64,000 nucleotides of DNA from Macrostomum lignano (lineage: Eukaryota). A program made the position numbers and the translations under genes. The notes under the pieces were generated by a model, which worked only from the letters and a program-made list of their open reading frames with translations, had not been told where the DNA came from and made no database searches. Each line of letters starts with the position of its first letter. The first letter of the stretch is position 1. Of this stretch, positions 11,701 through 23,112 are shown in pieces. Where the stretch lies: assembly GCA_002269645.1 (NCBI GenBank), contig NIVC01001750.1, positions 101,253 to 165,252 on the forward strand, given 5' to 3'.

Positions 11701-13799
11701 TCACGAGCAGACCGTCGTGCAAAGGCGGTGCCGCCTCGTCAAGATCCGGCAGTACAAGCATCCTCGGCCTTGGCCCGTCCAGCTGGTACAGATGCAGGAA
11801 CCCGTTGAATGTCATGATGGCCAGCTGAGTGCGGGCGTCACCGGGCAGACGGTCAAGTGAGCGTAGCAACACCTGGCAGACGGTGGACAAGTAGGCGGCG
11901 CCGAGAGACACGTCGAAAAGCATCACGTAGGTAGCCGGAGGCGGCGGCCGGACAGTGTACTCTTGAGGCGCGATAAACTCTACAGTGGCCGAGCGGACCT
12001 CCGGACGGCGAGACGGCTCGCCGTACACCTGCAGGTATGAGCATATGAATAAGGCGATAAGGCCTATCTTTGATTAGACAATTCTTTAACCCTTCATGAC
12101 CAACTCTATGACACTAGATGACCAATTCTATGACACTCGATGACCAACTCTATGACACTTGATAACCCACTCTATCACACTCGATGACCAACTCTATGAC
12201 ACTGGATGACCAAATCTATGACACTCGATGACCCACTCTGACACTCGATGACCAACTCTATGACACTCGATGACCAACTCTATGATAATCAATGACCAAC
12301 TCTATGACACTCGATGACCAACTCTATGACACTCGATGGACAACTCTATGACACTCGATGACCAACTCTATGACACTCGATGACCAACTCTATGACACTC
12401 GATGATCCACTCTTTGACACTCGATGACCAACTCTATGACACTCGATGACCAACTTGATGACACACGATGATCAATTCTATGATTATTGATGATATCACC
12501 AATGAATGATACTCCATGACCCGCCCATGATCTTAAGTCATCCATATACTCAAACCACTCTAAAAGTACAATTAAAAAGGCAATAAAACAGGCCAATCTC
12601 ACCTTGCTAACGGGATCGTATTGGAATTCGTCGGGCAAATCGTTGGTCCTATAGCACACGTTGCAGCGCCATCTTCGCTGATCGATAAGCTGCACAAACG
12701 GATTAATATAAGTCCGGCAGGACCTGCAGCGCACAATGACGCTAGCCTGTATCACTGGCAGATTACGCAAATCTTTAAACGGATGCAATAGCAAGCCTAA
12801 CGGCAAGCGAGCCTTCTGCAACAGAGAAGATGTGCTAGGAATGACGTTTAAAGTGCAGCACATCACCTCCGGATCGCAGTTAGCGTCTCCCGGATAGTGT
12901 TTAACAGACGGTTTCAATACTTCAATGCCTTCAGTAGGCGACAGCAGCTGCCTGTCTTGCAGCAGGTTGACGTGACGCTGAGTGGAGCCGTCCTGCGACG
13001 AGCGCAACGAACCGTCAAGTCGAGCCGTTGGAGGAATGCCCGACGGCGGCATCGGTGCCGGCGGCTGCGGAGGACCCGGAGGGCGAAGAGTCGGCGGGGC
13101 CTGCGGTTGGGGAGGCATCGGCGGCCGCTGCTGCTGCGGCTGCGACTGCGGCTGGTAGGGACCCGGCGGAGGCGGCATCGGCGGTCGAGGCTGCTGTTGA
13201 GGCGGCATCGGCGGTCGAGGCGGACCATAAGGTGCACCGCTTGGCGGCGAAGGAGCCGAAGGTGGCGGCGGTGGCATTGGCGGTCGAAGGGGCTGAGTCT
13301 GGTGCTGAGCTGGCTGAGAAGGCGGCGGCCATACAGCTGGCTGAGACTGATAATGACTGCCTGCACCGTTGGAACCGTTAGGCATTCCCGGGTGGATTTG
13401 CTGTTGCTGCTGCTGCTGCTGGGGCGGCATTGGCGGAGCAATCGTACCGCCCGGCCCGCCGCCTTCCATAGCCTCCATAGCGGCTAATGGCACCGGGGAT
13501 GGCCTATTAGATATGTCCAATCTGTGCAGGCTGATCTCGGAATTGTTACTAGACATCAGATTTGGCGCTTTAACCTGATGAGAATAGGTGGCTTGACCGC
13601 CAAATGGTAGCGGCAGGCTGCTCCCTTGTTGCTGCTGTTGCTGTTGTGGCGGCAACGGCTTCTGAGGCAACGGCTGCTGGTAGTTCTGCTGCATGCCAGG
13701 TCGCAAAGGCTGCGGCTGCGGAGGCTGCGGCGGTTGCGGAGGCTGCGGCGGCCGCTGCTGTCGGTAGCCAGGATACTGTTGTTGCATAGCTTCACGCAT
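5750..13799 (-). CDS. SEC24: Protein transport protein Sec24A/B-like (COPII cargo adaptor), 5 exons, ~1036 aa
   Basis: Minus-strand exons 13799-12603, 12028-11579, 9936-9295, 7992-7414, 5992-5750; all introns GT-AG and phase 0, total 1037 codons. Pro/Gln-rich N-terminus; zinc finger CRSCRTYINPF...WRCNVCYRTN; trunk (RSATVEFIAPQEY, GGRVTAF, LALDCCGVQLGIDLF); beta-sandwich (RKIGFEAVMRLRCTKG, RRIRVHTL); helical and gelsolin-like C-terminus (LYLLDAG, SYQEFLQTLQ). Start could be the ATG at 13799 or 13787. Confidence 0.95.
6022..6390. repeat. 24-bp minisatellite (CTTTCAAGATGGGAGAATGGGGCT)n in Sec24 intron 4
   Basis: Visible tandem units; explains the RWENGALS and SHLERAPL ORFs. Confidence 0.93.
6430..7350. 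repeat. 19-bp/42-bp composite minisatellite (GATCTCTATTGAGAATGGG; ...GATCTTTATCAAAAGAGAATGGG) in Sec24 intron 4
   Basis: Visible tandem units; the 14-aa periodicity of the WDLYQKRMGISIEN ORFs equals 42 bp. Confidence 0.92.
8105..9165. repeat. 22-bp minisatellite (GTGACATCTAATGTGACTGTCA)n in Sec24 intron 3
   Basis: Roughly 45-50 visible tandem units with a few recurring variants. Confidence 0.96.
10085..11400. repeat. 33-bp minisatellite (GTCAGAGGCCCCTCGTCAGAAACATTGGGAGGG)n in Sec24 intron 2
   Basis: ~40 visible units; degenerate copies continue to ~11550; explains the GGVRGPSSETL ORFs. Confidence 0.97.
12095..12460. repeat. 22-bp minisatellite (GATGACCAACTCTATGACACTC)n in Sec24 intron 1
   Basis: ~15 visible tandem units. 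Confidence 0.93.
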
Positions 13800-14299
13800 A
13801 AAAGGAAGTTTATATTTATTATTATTCTCTAAGAGTAAGAGCCTAAACGAGACATCGAATCTACATATGTACCAATTGGCTATAAATTGCAGCTGTGTCT
13901 CAACGTGCAGTGCAGTATAAGTCACGACGAATTAGCATATTTTAATTGCATGCCAGGTCGTTATTAGCAAGAAATTAGCTACCAACTAGAACTAGAAACT
14001 ATAAACCAATTAAGGAATTAAGTCTAAAGTGAATCGAATCTAATCTAATATGATTTAGTTTAGATTTTTATAATATAATGAGTTCTAATTTTACTAATTG
14101 AAAATAAAGATGCATATTCATTCAATGTAACCCTCAGAGGCATTGATATTTTATTTTGATATGGAAGTGAAGATAAGGAGTAAAGTATCTTGGTGTAATG
14201 GTTCATTTTCTACCAATTTCATCTTTTGCTGTCAACATTGAATGTATTAACCCCTTAGAGATTACTCCAACAACAGCCAAACATATGGCATCTACCATC

Positions 14300-15400
14300 T
14301 GCCAGACTATTTTGCAGTGCAGACTTGAGAAGATCAAGTGCCTTGCTATCATGCCAGACAGCTGCAGCACAATGCAGGGTGCATTGTTTTCCTAATTTGG
14401 TCAATCATGGAGCTTGCCGAATCATATTGCAAGTGCTGCAAAAAATACCTATGGAGCCTCTGACCAAGGAGAAATTGCAAAATGCTTAGTCAGGGAGCTA
14501 AATAGCCATTTCAAGTCATACTATTCTCAAGCAAACTTGTTTTGACCCCCATGCTAAGAGCTTTACTCAGACCAAGAAGTTTGTATTTTCTGAGCTATGG
14601 ATATCTACTAGCTCCAGTTGCTACTTATCATAGAGTGAATGTTTCATTCTTAAAGGTTTTGTAATTTTTGTTTTAATATAAAAAAAACAAACAAATCTTG
14701 AATTTTAGGTAATAGTTTAGCAAATATTAGAAAAAACTTTTGTTTACACTTGTAAAATAGTTAAAAGTTATTAATAGTTGTAAAGTACAAAAAGTACATT
14801 AAACGTATGTTTTCAGGGTTTTCTAGGTTTTTTCATGTTTTTTTCTAAGTTTTTCTAGGTCATGGATACTCTGATTCTATCCTAAAGAAAAGACAATGGT
14901 ATTTTAGCTCTTTAATAAGATTTTTCAGAAGATAAAAAAGGGATAGAGCTTCTTTGTAAGCAGCAAGAGTACATTTGAAAGTTAAAAAAGAGGCAAAGCA
15001 TATCATTCTAGAGGTTATCAAGAAGAAAGCTATAGAACTGGTTATTATCTGCCTTGGGTTTTTCGTGTCATAGGCATGCCATGACATGTTGAAATTAAAA
15101 ATGGCATAATGATTTTGATGCTATTATGCCAAAATGGCATAACAAATTTTTGCCATTATGACATTGCCAAATTGCCAATGCTGAAACTCAAGTTCCAAAT
15201 TTCAGTTTTGCTTTTAAATTTGTTTAAATACCTTGTTTGTTGTGACAGCTTGGCAGTCAGATGATTGGCCTTATCTATCACTTTTGGCAAAAATCTTATT
15301 TGCCTTTAGTGCCAAAAATGCAATAGCAAAGAAAGGATTTTTGTTGCTAACTCACCTCAAGATGCCAATTCACAACAGGCTATATTGGAACAATAGATAT
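14300..15400 (+). pseudogene. Decayed hAT-like transposase fragments
   Basis: Broken-frame translations: AIMPDSCSTMQG (resembles the ..DSCxxMxG segment), PNHIASAAKN...LVRELNSHFKSY (resembles CHxxHNxxK...diy.yF..S), and WPYLSLLAKILFAFSAKNAIAKKGF...KMPIHNRL (resembles the hAT C-terminal dimerisation motif P.Ls.lA..iL..paSnA..ERgFS....R.RL). Stops and frameshifts throughout. Similarity recognised from memory, not from a search. Confidence 0.55.
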
Positions 15401-15826
15401 GCTAATGAGACTCCACCTTAATGTTGATTCATATCTAACATTTGACTATGCTAGAGCCTTTGAATGCTGGCAGAACTCTACATACCAAAAGTGCTACTTG
15501 GTATCAAATCCAAGTTTGTTATGTTCCATTGCTATTGCAAATGCTGCTACATGTATGGCTACTAATGAGCTTGCCAAAGCAACCTTTGATGAGCTATAGA
15601 TTTCAATATTTTATTATAATACACTCAAAAAAATTTCTAAAACTAAAGGACAACTGATTTCCATATGATGTGAAATATTAATCAATCAAGTATCAATTTA
15701 CTATTGCCTTAAGTACCAGCATCTGATCTGCAGTACTATATCTTTAGTTGCCTAAGTTGAAGTCCAAAATAATCATAAATAAGTATATATATACGATTGT
15801 ACCTTAATAATCATGCTTAGATGAAA

Positions 15827-15965
15827 CCTAGGGATTCACCCAGCTGTTTCTATTGGCAACACACACATGTAAGTTGCTATTGGACGGAATAATAGTGACT
15901 GCTCCCAGCCAATAGCAACTTACATGTGTGTGTTGCCATTAGAAATGGTCGGGTGATTCCCAAGG
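15827..15965. mobile_element. Small palindromic MITE-like hairpin (~57-bp arms)
   Basis: Left arm CCTAGGGATTCACCCAGCTGTTTCTATTGGCAACACACACATGTAAGTTGCTATTGG is nearly the reverse complement of right arm CCAATAGCAACTTACATGTGTGTGTTGCCATTAGAAATGGTCGGGTGATTCCCAAGG. Confidence 0.7.
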
Positions 15966-17339
15966 TTGCGCATATATGTTAATAATTAATAATTATATTA
16001 GTTCTCTTAGTCTAACTCCTACTAACAAAAAAAGATCTAAAGACAATATGTTTGAAAAAATGAAAAGCTACATTTGTTTAGTTTGCCTTTTTATTTCTAT
16101 AAAATATAAAACATTACTAAGTAGTACAAATTTTTGTGTAGTCACTGTAGTCATATCCTTGGGCTCAAGTCCTCATATCATGTTGTATATTATATATACC
16201 TGTTAGTTGCCAAACTGGCAAGCTATAATCACTTCACTCCCATCTAAATCTGAAAGGAAACACTAATATGGGCTCACAAAGTGCTATTTTACATTTTATG
16301 CCAATGGCATGTTGAAATTGAATATGACATAACAATTGTGATGCCAAATGGCATTCAACAATTTTGACAAAAAACCCAGCATCTTCCAATTGACTAAAGG
16401 TATTAGGAAAAATTTACAACAATAAAATGCTATCTACTATAGCTAGGGATACTAATTAAAAAGAAATTTGTTATGATATACCTATTATGTATATCTAATA
16501 ACTTATAACATAAACATATTATATTGAAAATTGAGACAGCATTGGCAGTTGAGGCATGCCATAGAGTGCATTACTTTGTGGCAAAAGAGCCAAATGTGGC
16601 AGCAGCGATGGTCAAAAAGGCATCAATGACTAAGTCTAGTGCTAAGCTAGCTAAGAATGCAATATATAGTTGCGAGAAACAAAAACATTGTGTCTAAGCT
16701 TGCTATTAGAATTATTTTAATAATTTTTATTGTAATTTCTTTTTTTAATTCATATCTTACTTAGGCTTATTTTATCAATTAGCAAGGTCAACTATATATA
16801 TTATATGCAAGATATGCAAAGTGCCTTGTAATTGATAATTGCAATTAATTGAAGTTTAATATCAACTAGGATATCCCAACCTAAAAATTTTCACCTAGTA
16901 ATCAAAAGTTATAGTCTAGTTTAGAGATTAACAATAAACTTTTTAGTTCATCATATGGAAGAGGATGTTTTTGTAATAGATCTTGATGGACAAATAAGTA
17001 GCTTGTACTAAGGTCTCTAGTGAGATTTTGAAAGTTCAAAATTTATTCTTTTTGAGATATACATCTGATAGGGGACAACAACAGCATTACAAAATAGTTT
17101 TACTTATTAATTTTGGTTGAGTAATTAAAAATTTATAGCATTTATGTCCAAAAAATTGATTTTTAGATAATGAAGCTAGATAGACAACTCATTTTTAGTA
17201 TATAGGACTAGCAATCTTCGCCCCCTGATGGGGGACATCTGGAAAGAATCCTTGTTCTTTACAAATAACAAATAGACAGCAAAATAAAGCCTTTATAAAA
17301 AAACAATAGACATCCTATATACTAAAAATTCCCTCTAAA

Positions 17340-18190
17340 AACAAAACATCCCAAGACAGCAAGCATCCCCAGACAGCATTCAAGCATTGATCCCCAAATA
17401 GCAAGCATCCCCCAGACTGTAAGTATCCCCCAAATAGCAAGCATCCCCAAGACTGCAAGTATCCCCCAAAAAGCAAGCATCCTCCCAATAGCAAGCAATG
17501 CCAGATAGCAAGCATCCCCTAGACCACAAGCAATCCCAGATAGCAAGCATCCCCTAGACCACAAGCAATCCCAGATAGCAAGCATCCCCTAGATAGCAAG
17601 CATCCCCCAAATAGCAAGCATCCTCCCAATAGCAAACAACCCTAGATAGCAAGCATCCCGCAGACCTCAAGCAACCCCAGATAGTAAGCATCTCCCAGAT
17701 AGCAAGCAACCCCAGATAGCAAGCATCCCCCAGACTGCAAGCAACCCCAGAAAGCAAGCATCCCCCAGATAGCAAGCAACCCCAGATAGCAAGCATCCCC
17801 CCGATAGCAAGCAACCCCAGATAGCAAGCATCTCCCAGACTGCAAACAACCCCAGAAAGCAAGCATCCCCCAGATAGCAAGCATCCCCCAGATAGCAAGC
17901 ATCCCCCAGATAGCAAGCATCCCCCAGACCGCAAGCAACCCCAGATAGCAAGATAGCAAGCATAACCTGGATACAAAAAGACCTTATAAATATCTAGCAA
18001 CCCCCTCTAGGATATTAAGTACCCTCCACCCCCCAAGAGCAAGTATCTCCCAATAGCAAGTTACCCCAGTAGCAAGCATCCTTCTGATAGCAAGCATCCC
18101 CCCAATAGCAAGCATCCCTTAGATCGCAAGTATCCCTCAGATAGCAAGCATCCCTCAGATAGCAAGTATCCATCCTTAAATAGCAACCAT
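17340..18190. repeat. Degenerate ~19-bp minisatellite (GATAGCAAGCATCCCCCCA-like)
   Basis: Recurring AGCAAGCA(T/A)CCCC units with many substitutions. Confidence 0.88.
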
Positions 18191-18365
18191 CCACCAGAGA
18201 ACAAGTAGCTAATGCAACAATTTCCTTAGCTTTATAGTGGTTCTATTTTGTTTGGCATGACACTTCTTTTATGTATGAAATGGTGGCTCTTTAATGTTTG
18301 ACATTGTGCATTTTTTGTGTTTAGCATTTTGTGTTTTTAAGGTTTTTGAATAAAAAAATCTTTTT

Positions 18366-18429
18366 GCACTACTAAGATTCGAACCCAGGTTGCTGCATTA
18401 GCAGTCCAGTCTGTTCGCATCTATGCTAT
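18366..18429 (-). pseudogene. tRNA-derived fragment (decayed SINE head or tRNA pseudogene)
   Basis: Reverse complement contains an A-box-like TAGCATAGATG and a B-box GGTTCGAATC; no complete cloverleaf. Confidence 0.4.
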
Positions 18430-19039
18430 CTCTTGTCAATTGGAGAACTTGAATTGTGGCCTTTATAATTAAATTCTTATAGCAAATCGGTTAGAGTAAA
18501 AAGTTATGACATAATCAATTTCTCAGTCAGCCAGTATCAGTCTCAATTAATGTTAGCAATATTGGTTACGCAATTTCAATCAAGTTTTGTGTGCATTTCT
18601 TTGGCACTGTTTTCAACTGGTTGTGATGTAATCCTTATCACAATTGGAATTCAGTCAGTCAGTTTTTTCTCTAGTATTCTTACAATGCATTTCAGGTTGA
18701 AAGAGCTGCTTGACCTTTGTGAAAAAGCATGTTTTTCAAATATTTAATCCCTTTAACATTAAGCAATTTCTTAGCCATGATGCATGTACCGTCACGGAAA
18801 AATTTCTGATTGAACAGTGCAAGTTTGAAGAAAATCGATTGAGCCACTTTTGCTAAAATCGATCACACACACATATACCGACAGACCATTTTTAGTATAT
18901 GGAATGGATTCAAGCAAGCAAGCAAGCATACAAACCTTAGAGATTTAGTATATTTAGATTGGATATGATATTAGCCAAGTGCTATAGGACCATCTCCAAG
19001 AAGCAAAAGACTATTAGCAAGCTGTAAGGCACAATAAAT

Positions 19040-19817
19040 GGGGATAATGACCTTTGCCTGCCAGACATTTGCCAGCCAACATTTGCTATCCAATATTTGC
19101 TAGCAAGACATTTGCCAACTGATGTTTGCCAGCCAGACATTTGCAGGCAATAATTAGTTAAAGAATCATGCTCTCTCTAGGCTTACATGTACTTGCATTT
19201 AAAAACTGCAAATATAGAACCAATCTAACCCCACCTTGCTTCCTACTATACTGCTCTTAAATATACAGATTACTAACAAAAGTGTGGCATAGTGATGTTT
19301 GCTAGCCAACATAACATTAGTCAGTGAAAAATTTGATACTAAAATTTAATAGTATGGCAAAAACTATTTTTAGTCCAACTTTTTGATGGTTATTCATAGG
19401 TATAAAAGTTTGGCCACTAAGATAGAAAGTTGCTAGTTTGGATAGTTTTGGTTACATCAGTTGCTTTGGCACCTATTACTACGATTAGTAGCAACTTTCT
19501 TATAAAATCTACCCAAAATATCAAGAAGACAAGGAGCTTTCTAGTGAGAGTAGTTTGTTAGTAATAGTAACTTGTACATATATATTTAGTAGCAATATAG
19601 TATGAAGTAAGGTGCAGTTAGATTGGTGCTATATCTGCAGTTTTCAAATGCAAGTAAATATAAGCTTATAGTGTCAATAGAGGCCAGAGGGCATAATTTT
19701 AATTATTTACTGCCTACAAATGTTGGCTGGCAAATGTGGCTAACAAACATTGGCTGGCAAATGTCCCACTGGCAAACTTTGGCTAGCAAATATCTGACAG
19801 GCAAATGTTGTAGACCC
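19040..19817. mobile_element. Old MITE with ~200-bp imperfect terminal inverted repeats containing ACATTTGCCAGCC subrepeats
   Basis: 19050-19255 (CATTTGCCAGCC repeats, then TTGCATTTAAAAACTGCAAATATAGAACCAATCTAACCCCACCTTGCTTCCTACTATACTGCT) is mirrored at 19590-19815. Confidence 0.7.
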
Positions 19818-22800
19818 TAAAAATGAGCTTTGTAGGTGGGTGCGAAAGTTGACTCAGCAGCAGCAAGGAAATAAGACTATCAGGTAAGCCATTCTTAAAC
19901 TATAGTTTAAGGTTTATGACTTGCATAGTAGCCTGAAGCTCATATATGCCCAACCTTAAAATTTCACCCATCTGGTGCAACTTTGTTTTGTCCAGATTTG
20001 TGACTTAGTTCCTCCTAATTGCGCCTTGTTCCTCTTGATTACAACTTAATTTTCACTTTCTATGACTTTTCTTGCCTTTTTCTCTTTTTTTTCTTTTCTT
20101 TCTCTTTTTTCTTTCTTTTCTCTTTTGTTCTTCTTCTTTTCTTTTCCTTTTCTCTTCCTTTCCTTTTTTTTATTTTCATTTTTCATTTTTTGTGTTTTCG
20201 ATTTTGGGACTTACTTTGGCTGGCAGCCCTTTTACCCATCTAGTTTAGATGGGTCAAACAAGTGTTGGGCATGTATGTTCATTGAAGCTGGCTTCATAGT
20301 TGCTGCAAGATGAAGCTACTTTGTTTTACATTGAAACAATGGAGAGCTTGGCCTATAATTTACTAACAAGGTCATTAAAATGTCTACAAAGCTTGTTTTA
20401 GAATGCCAAATACCAGTGGAATGCTTTGGAGGCTCTATTAGATGCATTCTTCAAGACCTAGTTGGCCTGGATAAACTTGCCTTGCCTGCAATTGCTATCA
20501 ACCTTGCTGATTAGCAGTTTGTACTACAGCATTAGCAACTGCCTAGCCAAATCATGCACTATAGAGCACTTTGCAAATGCCACAAATTATAGCCAGCTAA
20601 TTATACTTATGACCAACATAACTAGCAAATTGACCTGGCACTATTAAATACTAGGTAAACCCTCATTAGCACTGTTAGAAATTTCTTTTTAATAGACCAA
20701 AGATAAGACAGGCTAGGTTCAGACTTAGCTTGGCTTTAGTAGGCAATAGCTACCCTTTTCAAAAAATTTAGATAACTATTTATAATGGGGAACTTATTTG
20801 CAAATAAAAAACAGCTTAGTTATATATACAAAAGGTTATTATATATGCTAGCCTACATAACCATTAGGTCTATTTGCCAAGTTATTAGTGATTTTGTCTG
20901 CTAGGCCTATTTGATTTGCTACCTTTTTTCTACTAGGCCTTAGGCCTAGTAATCTTTTAAGAGTTTTTTGCCTTACTGAAACAAAAGGCAATCTTTTATT
21001 TTATTGCGTTTAATTATTTTTCACTTTTCTTTCTCATTTCAGCCAACTTACTGATGGCTGGAAGGCCCTTTGCGCCCACTACGATTGTGCCCAAGGCCAA
21101 TCTAAGGCTAGCAGCCGAGCTATGCGACATTGACGTCACACTACGCGAGCTTGTGCTGCTGATGTCTAACAGCCAGTAAACTATTTGCTGGCTGGCCACC
21201 TACGGGCTACTGTGAAATTCTCGGGCATGTGAACGATGCCCTGAGGCTCCAGCCATGCGGCTACAGAGGCAGGATGGAGCCCAATTTGTTGATGGCTATG
21301 CCTAGGCATGTCCGACCTGCAGGATGCAGAAAAGCACTTAAAGACACTTACCTTTTATTCTCTTACTATCTTTATGTTCTGAAATTTAAAAAGAACCATT
21401 AAAAAATTAAACACAGTAAAGTAAAAGATTGCCAAACAAAATGCTTTCTATAGGCCTATCTATAGTCATGTCTTAGCTTTTTTTCTATAGACTATCTATA
21501 TATCTAGTAAACTTTCTATAACTTCCTTCCTTGCTATAATGTGCTATTATAGCATTAGACATTTAGACCTTTTGCTATTGGCTATTACCTACTAGGCCTA
21601 TAGCAACAGAATGCAACCATGACATAATGTTTTATAGAATAGCCTATATCTATAATATTCAATAGGGTCAATGCATATCAATTTGATTCATTTTATTGTT
21701 CTTTTTTCTCTTCCTTCTTCTTTCTTCTCTTTCCTTTTCTCTTTTTTCTTTTTTTACAATTCTCATTTCTAGGCCTACCATCTTTTCTTTCACCATTTTC
21801 TTTTTTCTTTTTTCCTACATTGTCCCAGCTAGCATTACTGTATAGGCCTATGTAATGTAGATGTACAGAGTAGTGTAGTTATGACATGCAGGTAGGCTTC
21901 CTTAAGCCTAACCTAAGGCTAAGCCCTAGGCCCTACTAGCCCTAAACTAAAGTGTATCTATTTTTAATTAAATAGGCCTAATCGTTTATAATTAATTATA
22001 CTGAGAGTAAATCGTACAAACTTTGCATTTTTTCTTTTAAAGTTAGTTGCTAGTTAAAAACGATTAATTTAGCAATGAGTGATATCATACCTCACAAATG
22101 CAAATCACTAATTCTAAGTAGCTATAACTCAAATGTGATGACGATTGTCTGCTGAATCAAAATTGTCGACCCGCTAGATCCTGACATTTGCAGAATTATA
22201 ACAAACAATATATACAATTAGGTATAGAAAGCATTTTCGTACAGTTTTTTAAGATTAAAAACAAATATCTGTAATAAATATTATTTTTTAATTACTACTG
22301 CATTTATTGTGACAGTAAGCAAAAGTTGGAGTCGATTTGGTTTGGAAATTCTAGTCGATTTTATCCATTATTAACTGCTATTGCGACTATTGCTTGATCT
22401 TCTTATTTCATTTTAATTACGTTTTTTGAATTGGTGGGTGCGAAAAACGTTTTATTGTACTTCATGTAGTCTCAGTTAGAACTACAGTAATGAATCAAAC
22501 CTGGATTAAGATCCAGTCCATTTCTATGGCCAATTCAACAAAAACAGCTTGACACGTAGGGAATTTGATTGGATCCTGATCATGCATCCAGTAAAAATGG
22601 TAATCCAGTTTTAGTGAAATGTTTTATGAATTAATCCATTCGCTTAAAGGATTGTTAATCGTTCTAAAAAATACTGCATTTCTATTATGTTAATGATCAT
22701 GATGTATCATTTAACAAAGTATATTATTACAAAAGAGCTCTGCTCAATCATTCAGGAATTTTGCTCATTTTCATGAATTCAATAAATAATTTAAATACTG

Positions 22801-23112
22801 TTTTAATTTAAGCGATCAATATATTTTATTTAAGGCCTTAATGATGACACAACGGGCTATAGAGAAAATAGAGAAAGTAAACATTGCTTGCAGCTATCGA
22901 CAGGCTGGAAAAATCTAGAAGCAACTGTACTGTCAGGATAACTAAACGATTAGCTGCTTGCAGTCTTATAATATTTTTATAATGTGATTTTTGAGCCTTT
23001 AATAGCTAACAAATAATATGCTTTAAAGACAATCAATTTCTTTTCCTCATTAAATATATAGAATTATTTTTACACCTTCAGCACCTGAATCAGCACCTCA
23101 CGTCACCTGGTG

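Noticed and set aside
12897-13832. Ala/Arg-rich overlapping ORFs, and similar ones over the tubulin and recombinase
   Set aside because: Antisense or alternative-frame shadows of GC-rich true exons.
20200-21320. GC-richer patches that might be decayed retrotransposon gag or an upstream INPP5E exon (DGWKALCAHY...)
   Set aside because: Multiple stops and only a vague motif resemblance; needs a translated repeat-library search.
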